A stretch of DNA of 58,164 bases from Myxococcota bacterium. Lineage in GTDB: Bacteria > Myxococcota_C > UBA6777. Position 1 is the first letter of the stretch. Every line of letters begins with the position of its first letter. Where the stretch lies: NCBI GenBank assembly GCA_023150835.1, contig JAKLKB010000028.1:1-58164 (forward strand). Reading direction: 5' to 3'. The position numbers were made by a program, and so were the translations under genes. The notes under the pieces are model-generated. The model had not been told where the DNA came from. It saw only the letters and a program-made list of their open reading frames with translations, and ran no database searches. This document shows, piece by piece, positions 1 through 8,985 of the stretch.

Positions 1-40
1 GCCATGAGAGAGGTATCAAGAGGCAACACTTCTCAGCCAT

Positions 41-115
41 GACAGGCACACCTAGTTGCCCCTACGTGTCGGAGATCACACGGTGTTTTGTAGGGGCAGG
101 CCCCCGTGCCTGCCC
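41..115. repeat. Pair of GTAG-type REP-like palindromes (divergent copies)
   Basis: GTAGGGGCAGGCCCCCGTGCCTGCCC at 90-115 and an inverted degenerate copy ending GCCCCTAC at 65; same family as GTAGGGGCAGCCCCCTGTGGCTGCCC elsewhere in the window. Confidence 0.6.
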
Positions 116-243
116 TCGATCTGTTGCGTCGCTGACCTCTTCATCGCTATCTGTTTTGAACGAACCCATCGAGTTTTCGTTGTTTTCTTCGACTGTCATG
201 TAGCGAGTTTCCAGACACCCTCTCGTTGGGCGGCTTGCGCAGC

Positions 244-595
244 AACGCAACATTCATCCAACATTTATTGGATAGCTTTTGCGGAAATACAACACTCACC
301 CAACAGCTATTGGATGGCTTTCGCATAAACACAACACTCACACAACAGCTATTGGATGGCTTTCGCATCAACACAACACTCACCCAACAGCTATTGAATG
401 GCTTTCGCATAAACACAACACTCACCCAACAGCTATTAGATGGCTTTCGCATCAACACAACACTCACACAATAGCTATTGGATGGCTTTCGCATCAACAC
501 AACACTCATCCAACAGCTATTGGATAGCTTATGCAGCAATACAACACTCACTCAACAGCTATTGGATAGCTTGTGCATCAACACAACACTCACCC
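244..595. repeat. 42-bp tandem repeat (VNTR), about 8.4 copies
   Basis: Unit AACACAACACTCACCCAACAGCTATTGGATGGCTTTCGCAT(A/C) starts at 244, 286, 328, 370, 412, 454, 496, 538, 580; no unique spacers. Confidence 0.95.
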
Positions 596-781
596 GAGAG
601 GTCGCTGCGTTCGCTTGGATGCCCTTGTGCTTTCCTCTCGCCTTGCAGCGAGGCTTTGCGAGCGTCGCAGGGGTGGCGCGAAGCGACGGGGGGCGTTGCG
701 TGAGACGAAGGTTTGAGCATGATGGGGCGGAGTCGATGGGTAGCGAGAACATCGTTGCAAAGAAAAAAGGAGTGGCGTGCG

Positions 782-1639
782 ATGGGTGGTGTGATGCGTT
801 GGATGTGGTGTAGCGGGGCGGTGTGGTGTGTTGCGGTGGTGGGTTTGTGTGCGTGGGCAGAGCCGCCGAACCCGCAGACAGATCCATCGAAGCATCCGTC
901 CCATACGCGGGGTGGGGTCGTCTCGACGACAACGAAAGACGGGAAACAAGGAGCATCCAAGGCAAAAGCGCGGCTAAAGCAGGATCTCAAAGGGATGTTG
1001 GGGAGATGGCATTGTCCGATGGTGTTGCTGGGTCGGGCGGTAGAGATCGTGATCAAGCAAGGCGGTGCGGAGATCCACGTCAACCAAGGAGCGAAAGTCG
1101 AGTGGTATTGGTCGGAGGGTCAAAGTACAGGGGCGGGAGAAGGCGAGTATTTGGCGATCCAGTCGAAGACGACGCAAGGAGCGAATGCGACGGAATACAG
1201 TTATCTGATCTTCAGGTATCGACGGGCATTGGATGGAAGTGTGCGATTTACGGTGTACCCGACGTCTGCGGAGAAAGCACGCGATGGATCATGGAAGCAT
1301 CGGAGTGGTCGGCGTTTGGAGTCCAATATCCCGCAGCGCTGCTTGTCTTCTTCGGCTTATGCGGCGCTGCAAAGCAAGCCCAAACAGCCGCAAGAAGCAG
1401 ATATCACCTATTGTCGGGGCATTGTGGGTGGGCAGCGTTTGGTGTTTCGCAAGTGGGTGTTTGGTTCGGGATGCGCGCAGGAGATGTGTTTGGTGGTGGC
1501 GTGGCAAAACCTGTTTGAACGGATGGCGGCTTGTCTCGAAGGTCGGGGGTATGATCCTTATCCGTTTTTGTACACGAAGCCCCACCAGCAACGCGTATTT
1601 CAAGGTCTGTTTTCGCTCAACGCTCCCTCGAAAGATTGA
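782..1639 (+). CDS. Hypothetical secreted protein
   Basis: Long ORF (713-1639); hydrophobic signal-peptide-like N-terminus ending in AWA after ATG 782; no family recognised; start uncertain. Confidence 0.6.
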   Translation: MGGVMRWMWCSGAVWCVAVVGLCAWAEPPNPQTDPSKHPSHTRGGVVSTTTKDGKQGASKAKARLKQDLKGMLGRWHCPMVLLGRAVEIVIKQGGAEIHVNQGAKVEWYWSEGQSTGAGEGEYLAIQSKTTQGANATEYSYLIFRYRRALDGSVRFTVYPTSAEKARDGSWKHRSGRRLESNIPQRCLSSSAYAALQSKPKQPQEADITYCRGIVGGQRLVFRKWVFGSGCAQEMCLVVAWQNLFERMAACLEGRGYDPYPFLYTKPHQQRVFQGLFSLNAPSKD

Positions 1640-1676
1640 CGAGGGCTTTGCACAGAAAAAGCTTGAGGTTCGATGG

Positions 1677-2009
1677 CTATGGGATCTGCGGTCGTTTGTT
1701 TGCGGAGTGAGATCGTTCAAGGGCTCTTTCAAAACTAATGAGCTGTCGAATGAGCGCGTTGTAGCGTGAGTGAGCGTCGTTTTGGTAATGTTGGGCGAGG
1801 CGGCGGTATAAACGGTGTTCTGGAGGCTCTTGTTGTTGAGGAAAGAATGGCATCGAAAAGCCCAGCCGTTGTAATCGCGGAGAGCCAATTTGAACAAGCA
1901 GAGAAGACTCTGTTTCTTCTTGTTCTTGCTCGATTTGTTTCATTCCCTCGATGATCCACTCCGCTCCCGGAAGTTCTCGATAGATCAGGAATTGCTGTTG
2001 GTAGTCCAT
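1677..2009 (-). CDS. Small hypothetical protein, probable partner of the DUF6036 nucleotidyltransferase
   Basis: 110-aa ORF (LPGAEWI...LLVQIGSPRL...AHSRYNALIRQLISFERAL) co-oriented downstream of the NTase; resembles small proteins I recall beside DUF6036 genes. Confidence 0.65.
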   Translation of the reverse strand: MDYQQQFLIYRELPGAEWIIEGMKQIEQEQEETESSLLVQIGSPRLQRLGFSMPFFPQQQEPPEHRLYRRLAQHYQNDAHSRYNALIRQLISFERALERSHSANKRPQIP

Positions 2010-2164
2010 TTGCTCGATTGCTCTGTTCGTTGTCTGGTCAACGGGGCCTACCCAAGATGAGCGGGAATGGCTCCGGCTTCAGTCGAGGGTAGTTGACCGA
2101 CTCTTCGCTATCGGATGCCCTTGTTCCCTTTGTTGTTCTGGACAACAACGAAAAGGTAGGCGGG

Positions 2165-2698
2165 TTATAGGTTTTCGTGTTTGGCGACAAACTCGTCAAC
2201 CTTTTCTCGAAACGCGTTGGGATCGATCGCAGGATAACGAAGCAATTGTGGTTCGATTTGCGAAAAATAATGCTTGAGATTTTTGATGTCGATCAGAGCT
2301 TTTTTGTGCATTTCTTGGACATCAAGCAGATCTTTTTGATGCCCTCGTTCAATCTTTGCGAGAGCTTGGCTGTAAAAATCGTAGTGAAAGAATTGTAAAC
2401 TTCCTACCTGCTCGATAAAGTGCGAACGGGATTCCCAACCGGGAAGGGGCGGAATAAAGTCGCTTGGAGAAGCCAATTCGATGTTGATGTTCAGGGTCTG
2501 CTTGAGTTGAGCGATGGCTTCAAAGGCTCCTTTTGGCTCGGTCGAAAAGCAGAGATCGATATCCAGCGTCATATCACGCCATCCTTCGAGAACAGCGCTG
2601 GTTCCGCCCGTAAAATACACACGCCCAAGACCTTTCGTTTCCCTTCCCAATCGCAACATGAATTGTTGAATCTTTTCAGCGTTGGTAGTTTCTCTCAT
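2165..2698 (-). CDS. DUF6036-family (AbiEii-like) nucleotidyltransferase
   Basis: GG-x-S and DxD NTase motifs (FTGGTSAV...TLDIDL) and C-terminal K-x-ERG...KD (AKIERGHQKDLLD); GGAG upstream of ATG 2698. Confidence 0.75.
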   Translation of the reverse strand: MRETTNAEKIQQFMLRLGRETKGLGRVYFTGGTSAVLEGWRDMTLDIDLCFSTEPKGAFEAIAQLKQTLNINIELASPSDFIPPLPGWESRSHFIEQVGSLQFFHYDFYSQALAKIERGHQKDLLDVQEMHKKALIDIKNLKHYFSQIEPQLLRYPAIDPNAFREKVDEFVAKHENL

Positions 2699-2754
2699 CG
2701 CATAGTCTCCGATCAAAAACACAAAGCTTCGTAGTTAGAGGTTAGCCCGAATCT

Positions 2755-3723
2755 TCAGGGGACGATGCCCAAGCCTCGAAGGTTTGCAAAGACATCGTGG
2801 TAGAGGAAGCCGCCCGCAGGGGAGGACATGTACGGAGGGGGCGTGTAGCGGGAGGTTCGGACGTTTTCGATCTGAACAAACAACGTCAGCTTGGAGAAGC
2901 GGCGTTCTTTGAGGATGCGATCCAGTTGTGTTTTGGGGATCAACAAACGGACGTAGACAGCGGCCTTTCGGCTGGAGGGGGTGATCTCGAAGCGTTCATA
3001 AAGACCATTTTTGCGGGGAAGAAGTTTTCCACGTCGGTAGGTGGTGAAGGTGGCGAAGCTTCCGCGTGATGCGGGTCGCACGATGCGAAACTGATCGAGA
3101 GGAAGTTCAAAGGGAACATTGCGTCCGTCACGGTTGGCAGAGGGCGGGCGATTGTCCAAGGGAGCGGGCGAGAGATCGTGGGGTTGGGCTTGCGGTGGAA
3201 GATGCTTGCGACGAGTATCGATTTGGACTGCACGATCGCGCAGATCGAGGATCGGGCGAGGTTCGTGGGTAGTGCGCCCGCTGACGCGAACCGTCGGAGA
3301 AACAAGTTGGATCGAGCCGCAATCGTAAGTCAGCGTGGTGATGGTTCCTGCGGGGACATTGTGTTGTTTGCGCGATATCCGCCAAACCCAACAACGCAGC
3401 GTCTGGCGATCCGCTGCTGCAAGCGTCGGAAACACGCGGAAAAATCTGGCACGTGGGATGCGGTAGGTGAGATACGTTGCGCGGCGTACATGGCGATCAG
3501 GGCGGAAGAAAACAGACGCACCTTGTTGTTGGATTTCGGAGGCCCGCAGGATCAACCGGTGCGGAGGGCGTTTGGAGTGGATGGGCGGAGGAAGTCGGCC
3601 ATCGTTGACACGTTGTTCGATGCGCGTAGGCCGCTGCTTGGGCGGGGAAGGCAAAACATCCGCAGCAGCGCTCTGGGCAAACAAGAGACTGACGACGACT
3701 GAACAGACGATGATTCGGGGCAT
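2755..3723 (-). CDS. Hypothetical secreted protein (Arg/Pro-rich)
   Basis: AAGGAA RBS before ATG 3723; signal peptide MPRIIVCSVVVSLLFAQSAAA; no family recognised. Confidence 0.6.
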   Translation of the reverse strand: MPRIIVCSVVVSLLFAQSAAADVLPSPPKQRPTRIEQRVNDGRLPPPIHSKRPPHRLILRASEIQQQGASVFFRPDRHVRRATYLTYRIPRARFFRVFPTLAAADRQTLRCWVWRISRKQHNVPAGTITTLTYDCGSIQLVSPTVRVSGRTTHEPRPILDLRDRAVQIDTRRKHLPPQAQPHDLSPAPLDNRPPSANRDGRNVPFELPLDQFRIVRPASRGSFATFTTYRRGKLLPRKNGLYERFEITPSSRKAAVYVRLLIPKTQLDRILKERRFSKLTLFVQIENVRTSRYTPPPYMSSPAGGFLYHDVFANLRGLGIVP

Positions 3724-3750
3724 TTGGAGTTCCTTTCTGGTGGGAGTGGC

Positions 3751-3886
3751 GCAGTAGCCAAAAAAGCCGTGTTCGCGAACGCTCAAGCGAGAGCGTCGCT
3801 GGTTTGAAAAACAGTGATCTCATCGCCCACACGGGGTCAAGGGGGCAAAGCTAAGGGTGTGGGGCGTGGGGTGAAGCCCCACCACC
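3751..3886 (-). repeat. Dispersed intergenic repeat family B (about 135 bp), copy 1
   Basis: Reverse complement matches the copies at 19785, 24448, 49757 and 56529 (GTGGGG..CCCCAC / CCCCTTGACCCCGT / TTTTTCAAAC / CGCTTGA / GCGAACACGG). Confidence 0.85.
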
Positions 3887-3889
3887 CCC

Positions 3890-4009
3890 TACGATATCCG
3901 AGAGGAGTGCGATCGCAATGGTCGGTGCGAGCCGCTGTAATTGCCCTGTTATAGGGCAGCCACAGGGGGCTGCCCCTACGTTTTACGGTCACGCGCCCTG
4001 CGGATCTCG
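3890..4009 (-). mobile_element. MITE-like element family A with internal REP hairpin
   Basis: Starts TACGATATCCG, ends CGGATCTCG; contains GGGCAGCCACAGGGGGCTGCCCCTAC. Confidence 0.6.
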
Positions 4010-4318
4010 GCTGGGTCCGACTGCGTAAGTCCTATGTCATACGAGACATCCGAGATCTTGCGGGCAAGGATACACTTGTGCGCAACGACGGAGAACGAAA
4101 GGAGATGTCGCGATGTGGGGAGGGCGGTCGCCTCGAAAGGAATGGCGGTTGGATGGGGAGGAGAGCAGCGTCTTGACGTGGTGTGGAGGGGTGGGTAGAA
4201 CAGGCGGGCCGATGGGCAGATCTGCTGTTTTTCAGCCTCGCGTTGAGAGCGTTGTGCTGGGAGGATGGCGGATGGACGGTGATCTTTGGCAAAGCCCTTA
4301 CAACAAGCGAGGAAAAGG

Positions 4319-6613
4319 ATGATCAAACGGTCTCGGCTCTTTGGGATGTTCATGGTGTGGGTGATCGGGATAGGGGTGATGTGGCCTGTGTATGCGGAAG
4401 AAGGGATGTTTTTGTTGTACGAGACGGCGAAAGTGCCGTGGCAAGAGCTTCAAAAGAACGGGTTGAAGCTTTCGTCGCAACAAGTGCAAGCGCTTGCGCC
4501 AGCGGTGGTGCAGTTGGCGCGGGGTGGGACGGGTTCGTTTGTTTCAAAGGGCGGGCTGATCGTCACAAACCACCACGTCGCGTATGGCTGTTTGGCCCGA
4601 TTGGACGCCACCACGCACAAGGGTTTGATGAAAAAAGGGTACGTGGCGGCATCGCGTGAGAAAGAAGTGCATTGCCCGGGCTACGATATGATGGTGGTGG
4701 TGCGGCTGGAAGATGTGACGGAAAAAGTGCGCAGCGTGCTCAAATTGGGGATGAAGCCAGAGCAACAGGCGAAGCTGATCCGCACGCAACGACGGACGCT
4801 TGAAGCGGCTTGTGAAAAAGGAACAGGGCTGATCTGCGAAGTGTCGGCCTTGAATGGCGGTGCAGGTTTTACGTTGTCGGCGTATCGGCGTTTGTTGGAT
4901 GTGCGTCTTGTGTACGCACCTGCGGGGGCCTTGGGCAAGTTTGGCGGAGATATCGACAACTGGCGTTATCCGCGTCATACCGCAGACTTCACCTTTTTGC
5001 GTGCCTATGTGGGAGCAGACGGGCATCCCGCCAACTACAGCCCCAAGAATCGGCCTTTTGCCCCCGCGCACTATCTCAAGATCAGCACAAAGCCGCTTCA
5101 GCGGGGTGATTTGACGATGGTGATGGGATTCCCGGGCCGCACGTCGCGTCACGCCTCGTATGCACAAGCCAAGTACTATTACGAACGGGCGATCACACAA
5201 CGCGCCCTCTTATTTCGTGCGCTGATCGATGCGATGCCCAAGAAAGGGCTCGGAAAACGCCGCTATCAGGGGCTGAGCGCAGGTCTCAACAACGGGGCCA
5301 AGTATTACGAAGATCTCAAGACGCAATTCGATCATTTCAAGTTGCTTGAGCGGAAGAAACAACAGCAACAAGTATGGCTGTCCAAGTTCAACGGTAGTCA
5401 CAAGATCCGCAAAGAACACGCGCAGTTTTTAGGGCAGATCGAGAAGATCTTTGAAGATTATCGGGATGTGGATCAAAAAGCGTTGTATCTGACGTACATG
5501 CAGTCGTCGATCTTGCGAAGCCTTCAAACAGCGGTGGATCTGGTGAAGTGGAGCAAGATCCGCAGCAAGTCCGATCTCGAACGCCCGGGCGAGCGCTTCC
5601 GCGACAAGAATATGTACCGCGTGTACCGTGAGTCCGATATGTTGGAGCGTTTGATCACCCTCGGCGGCGAGCGCAAGCTGTTGACACGCTATATACAGAT
5701 GGCGTACGCGCTTCCAGCCGCCCAGCGGCCCAAAGTCGTGGAGTGGCTGTATCGCAAAGGCCAAAAACAAGCCAAGCGGCTACGCAAGCGCTTTCGCAAG
5801 ATGAATCCGAGCCTGCAACCCTACGTTGCGAAGCTGTTGCACCTTGGGCTGCAAAAGCTCGATCCGATCGAAGTGGCTGTGGCGTGGCTGTTTCATCACA
5901 CCGCGCTGATCGGCAAAGAAAAGGACGCGCTGTCTTTGAAAGCAGCCGTCGGTTTGCGCCAAGCCCTGTTCAAAGCAGAGGAAAAAGAACTGCGCGCCGC
6001 CAAAGATCCGCTGTTGCAGCTTGCGGTGCGGATCGTGGATGAGGTGGAAGCCCTCGAAAAAGGCCCCTTGGCTCCGATGAACAAAGTGCTCGGGCCGATC
6101 TACAATCCCCTTCTTGTCCAACAGATCATCCAGCCAAGTTATTGGGATGCGAACTTTACGCTGCGCTTTAATTACGGAACGGTGCAAGATTACACAGAGT
6201 CCAAAAGCCAAAAGAAGTACTTCTACATGACGACGCTTCAAGAGCTTTTGAAAAAAGGCACCGACAAACACCCCTTTGTGGTTCCTGCGTCCTTGAAAAA
6301 AGTCGCCGCAGCGAAGCAATGGGGGACGTGGCGCGATCCGTCGATCAAAGATGTGCCTGTGAACTTTACGGCAACGCTCGACACAACGGGCGGGAATTCA
6401 GGCAGTCCCGTGTTGAATGGTGCGGGCGAGCTGATGGGCCTGTTGTTTGATGGAACGCCCGAGTCGATCCTCAGTGATTGGCAATACATCGAGTCCGAAC
6501 AGCGCAGCATCTGTATGGATATCCGCTTTGCTTTGTTTCTTGCCGACAAAGTGGATGGCGCTCACGCGCTACTGAAAGAACTCGGGATCGCCTCTTCCAA
6601 AGATTCTAGATAA
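4319..6613 (+). CDS. S46 family dipeptidyl-peptidase (DPP7/DPP11-like)
   Basis: Signal peptide then EEGMF; GTGSFVS..GLIVTNHHV; GGDIDNWRYPRHTADF; catalytic Ser in TGGNSGSPV..GLLFDG. Confidence 0.95.
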   Translation: MIKRSRLFGMFMVWVIGIGVMWPVYAEEGMFLLYETAKVPWQELQKNGLKLSSQQVQALAPAVVQLARGGTGSFVSKGGLIVTNHHVAYGCLARLDATTHKGLMKKGYVAASREKEVHCPGYDMMVVVRLEDVTEKVRSVLKLGMKPEQQAKLIRTQRRTLEAACEKGTGLICEVSALNGGAGFTLSAYRRLLDVRLVYAPAGALGKFGGDIDNWRYPRHTADFTFLRAYVGADGHPANYSPKNRPFAPAHYLKISTKPLQRGDLTMVMGFPGRTSRHASYAQAKYYYERAITQRALLFRALIDAMPKKGLGKRRYQGLSAGLNNGAKYYEDLKTQFDHFKLLERKKQQQQVWLSKFNGSHKIRKEHAQFLGQIEKIFEDYRDVDQKALYLTYMQSSILRSLQTAVDLVKWSKIRSKSDLERPGERFRDKNMYRVYRESDMLERLITLGGERKLLTRYIQMAYALPAAQRPKVVEWLYRKGQKQAKRLRKRFRKMNPSLQPYVAKLLHLGLQKLDPIEVAVAWLFHHTALIGKEKDALSLKAAVGLRQALFKAEEKELRAAKDPLLQLAVRIVDEVEALEKGPLAPMNKVLGPIYNPLLVQQIIQPSYWDANFTLRFNYGTVQDYTESKSQKKYFYMTTLQELLKKGTDKHPFVVPASLKKVAAAKQWGTWRDPSIKDVPVNFTATLDTTGGNSGSPVLNGAGELMGLLFDGTPESILSDWQYIESEQRSICMDIRFALFLADKVDGAHALLKELGIASSKDSR

Positions 6614-6726
6614 TACGATATCCGAGTGATGTGTGATCGTAAGATAGTACGTAGCCGCCCGATTCTTGGGCAGCCACAGGGGGCTGCCCCTACATTTTTA
6701 CGATCACACAACGAGCGGATCTCGTA
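6614..6726 (-). mobile_element. MITE-like element family A (113 bp, terminal inverted repeats, TA ends)
   Basis: TACGATATCCG...CGGATCTCGTA ends; inner IR TGTGTGATCGTAA/TTACGATCACACA; central REP hairpin; directly after the S46 stop codon. Confidence 0.7.
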
Positions 6727-6742
6727 TAAGGTGGGTTGTGAG

Positions 6743-7231
6743 CTAACGTTGGGCATTGGCGCGAGGTTCGGGGAGGGGTTGAGACTGTGTGCGGGGGCGG
6801 AGAGAGCGGTGACGCGAGCTGTAGGCCCGTTGGGGTTCTTGTGATGCGGGACACGTGGTGGATGCGTCCTCTTCGATGGGGAGGAGCGGAACCAGCGTCG
6901 GCTGCGAGAGCGGATGTTTGGGAGCGGGGGCTTGGGCAATCAACCAAGCGCAGATCTCATCAAAAAGCCCCCAAGGGATGGCCTTTGTAGAAGTGATGCC
7001 GTACGTACACAGCAAATGATTTTTGAGATCATCGAGAGAGAGACGGGCCTGCTTGAGGAGGGGGAAAAGTTGGCCGCGTGCAGGTTCGCTGATGGGGTCT
7101 TCGTCTTCGCAGCCCGCTTGACGGATGATGGAGAGCACCCGACGGATGGCGTCGGCGTGATCTTGTTTGCCTTGGGCGGTGTAGTCACGTTCCATGTGGG
7201 CGAGAAGGTCGGCGATGACGTAAGCTTTCAT
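6743..7231 (-). CDS. Hypothetical protein with a phage-like helical domain
   Basis: GGAG RBS; segment ISEPARGQLF...LKNHLLCTYGITSTKAIPWGLFDEICAWL resembles C-terminal domains I recall from phage recombination proteins. Confidence 0.6.
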   Translation of the reverse strand: MKAYVIADLLAHMERDYTAQGKQDHADAIRRVLSIIRQAGCEDEDPISEPARGQLFPLLKQARLSLDDLKNHLLCTYGITSTKAIPWGLFDEICAWLIAQAPAPKHPLSQPTLVPLLPIEEDASTTCPASQEPQRAYSSRHRSLRPRTQSQPLPEPRANAQR

Positions 7232-7448
7232 GTATCAAATCTCCCAAAAAGACCTCGCCTCTCGATAAAAGGCGCGGATGGCGCGACAAAGCGATGTTGT
7301 GCCGTGCGTTTTTCAGACAGGGGCCAGTATGGAAGGGGTGTGCGTCACACGGCGTCACAAGGTCGCCCCGCCACGCAAGTTCTTTGATCTTTGGGTGGAA
7401 ATCGATCATGCTCGATCGTTTGACACCCCCACAAAAAGAGGAGGCATC

Positions 7449-7835
7449 GTGTCCAACAACAAAGAACGCCAACAGTTCGGTCTTTCGCCGATCGATCGGG
7501 AAGAATGGTGCGCGATGTTGTCGCAGCGGATGGGGCGTTTGTTGCCGAATCCATCAGGAGAACAAGCGAGCGAGGCTTTTTTGCGTGAGGTGGAGGAATG
7601 GCTGACACAGCGATTTGGTGAGATGCTGGCGCATCGTGCCGAGCAAGCCTTTCAGGCGTTGTATCGGGTGGATGTTTCGGAAGAACAAGTCAAACAAGTG
7701 ATGTCGACACAAGCATCGGCGTTATGGGCAAGAGCATTTGCGCGGATGGTGGTGGCGCGGCAGATGGAGAAGTGGGAGACACGACAGCGTTGGCAAGCGC
7801 AATTTGCGCCTTCAAAACAAGGCGATTGTTCTTGA
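7449..7835 (+). CDS. Conserved hypothetical protein
   Basis: GAGGAGG RBS before GTG 7449; motif LYRVDVSE...ARQMEKWETR. Confidence 0.65.
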   Translation: MSNNKERQQFGLSPIDREEWCAMLSQRMGRLLPNPSGEQASEAFLREVEEWLTQRFGEMLAHRAEQAFQALYRVDVSEEQVKQVMSTQASALWARAFARMVVARQMEKWETRQRWQAQFAPSKQGDCS

Positions 7836-7914
7836 CAAGTGATAGTGGGTCTTGAAATCATGCGCCGAAGCATGGGGCTTGTGCGACAACACGGACGGAG
7901 ATGGAGAAGAGGGT

Positions 7915-8853
7915 TTGACGAGAAAAGAAAAGAAAGAGGCGATAGCATTTGCGCCTGCGACGGTGGCGAATTTGAGCGTAGGTTTCGATGTTTTGGGCTT
8001 GGCGTTGGATGGTGTGGGCGACACGGTCCGAGCGCGTCGTCGTGAGGCAGCAGGCGTTGCGATCGTGGATATCCTTGGGGATGAAGGGAAGCTGTCGCGC
8101 AAGGCCGAAGAGAATACGGCGGGTGTTGCGGCATTATCGACGTTGGCCTTGGCGGGTGTATCGTGGGGGGTGGAGTTGATCGTCGAGAAGGGTCTTCCGA
8201 TCGGCTCAGGGATGGGAAGCTCCGCAGCGAGCGCAGCAGCGGGGGCTTTGGCGGTCAACGGGTTGTTGGAAAAGCCGTTGTCCTTGGAGGCATTGATCGG
8301 GCCTTGTTTGGATGCCGAAGCAGCAGTAGCGGGACGCCATGCCGACAATGTGGCGCCTGCGCTGTTTGGTGGGCTGTGTTTGGTGCAGCAGATCGATCCG
8401 CTGCGGCTGTTGCATCTGCCCGTTCCCAAGGAGCTTTGGATGGTGGTTGTCACACCACAGATGGAGCTGTCCTCGCGCAAAGCGCGAAGCGTCTTGCCCA
8501 GCCAGATCCCGATGCGTGAATTTGTCCACACCAACGGACGGATGGGTGCTTTTGTGTATGCGATGTTGACGGGGGATCTGAGCGCGCTGGCTTCGGCCCA
8601 TGCGATCGATCCCGTCACCGCAGCAAGAGCGCCGCTGATCCCGGGATCGTTGCAGGTGATCGAAACAGCCCTCGCCGAAGGAGCGCTGTTTTCGTCGATC
8701 AGCGGAGCGGGTCCATCGGTGTTTTCGATGGTCGCAGGCCAAAACAAAGGCGAGCAGGTCGCAAAAGCGATGGCAAGGGCGTTTGAGCAAGTTGGACTGC
8801 CCTCAAAGGTCTTGATTTCGCCTGCGAACAACCCGGGCGCACGCTTGTTATAG
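7915..8853 (+). CDS. thrB: Homoserine kinase
   Basis: APATVANLSVGFDVLG; GHMP motif KGLPIGSGMGSSAAS; HADNVAPALFGG; ISGAGPSVF; start (TTG 7915) uncertain. Confidence 0.93.
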   Translation: MTRKEKKEAIAFAPATVANLSVGFDVLGLALDGVGDTVRARRREAAGVAIVDILGDEGKLSRKAEENTAGVAALSTLALAGVSWGVELIVEKGLPIGSGMGSSAASAAAGALAVNGLLEKPLSLEALIGPCLDAEAAVAGRHADNVAPALFGGLCLVQQIDPLRLLHLPVPKELWMVVVTPQMELSSRKARSVLPSQIPMREFVHTNGRMGAFVYAMLTGDLSALASAHAIDPVTAARAPLIPGSLQVIETALAEGALFSSISGAGPSVFSMVAGQNKGEQVAKAMARAFEQVGLPSKVLISPANNPGARLL

Positions 8854-8985
8854 AGCGGTGCGACACAACAAAAGTCCGTGTTCATGGGTTTCAAGCGGCG
8901 GAGTCGTTTGTGATCTTTCGGATATCGAGATGCTCCCGAAATAGAAGACAGAACGGTTGGATTTCTTGATGAGGCGAGGTGTTGG

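Noticed and set aside
244-595. CRISPR array
   Set aside because: Contiguous tandem units with no unique spacers and no cas genes.
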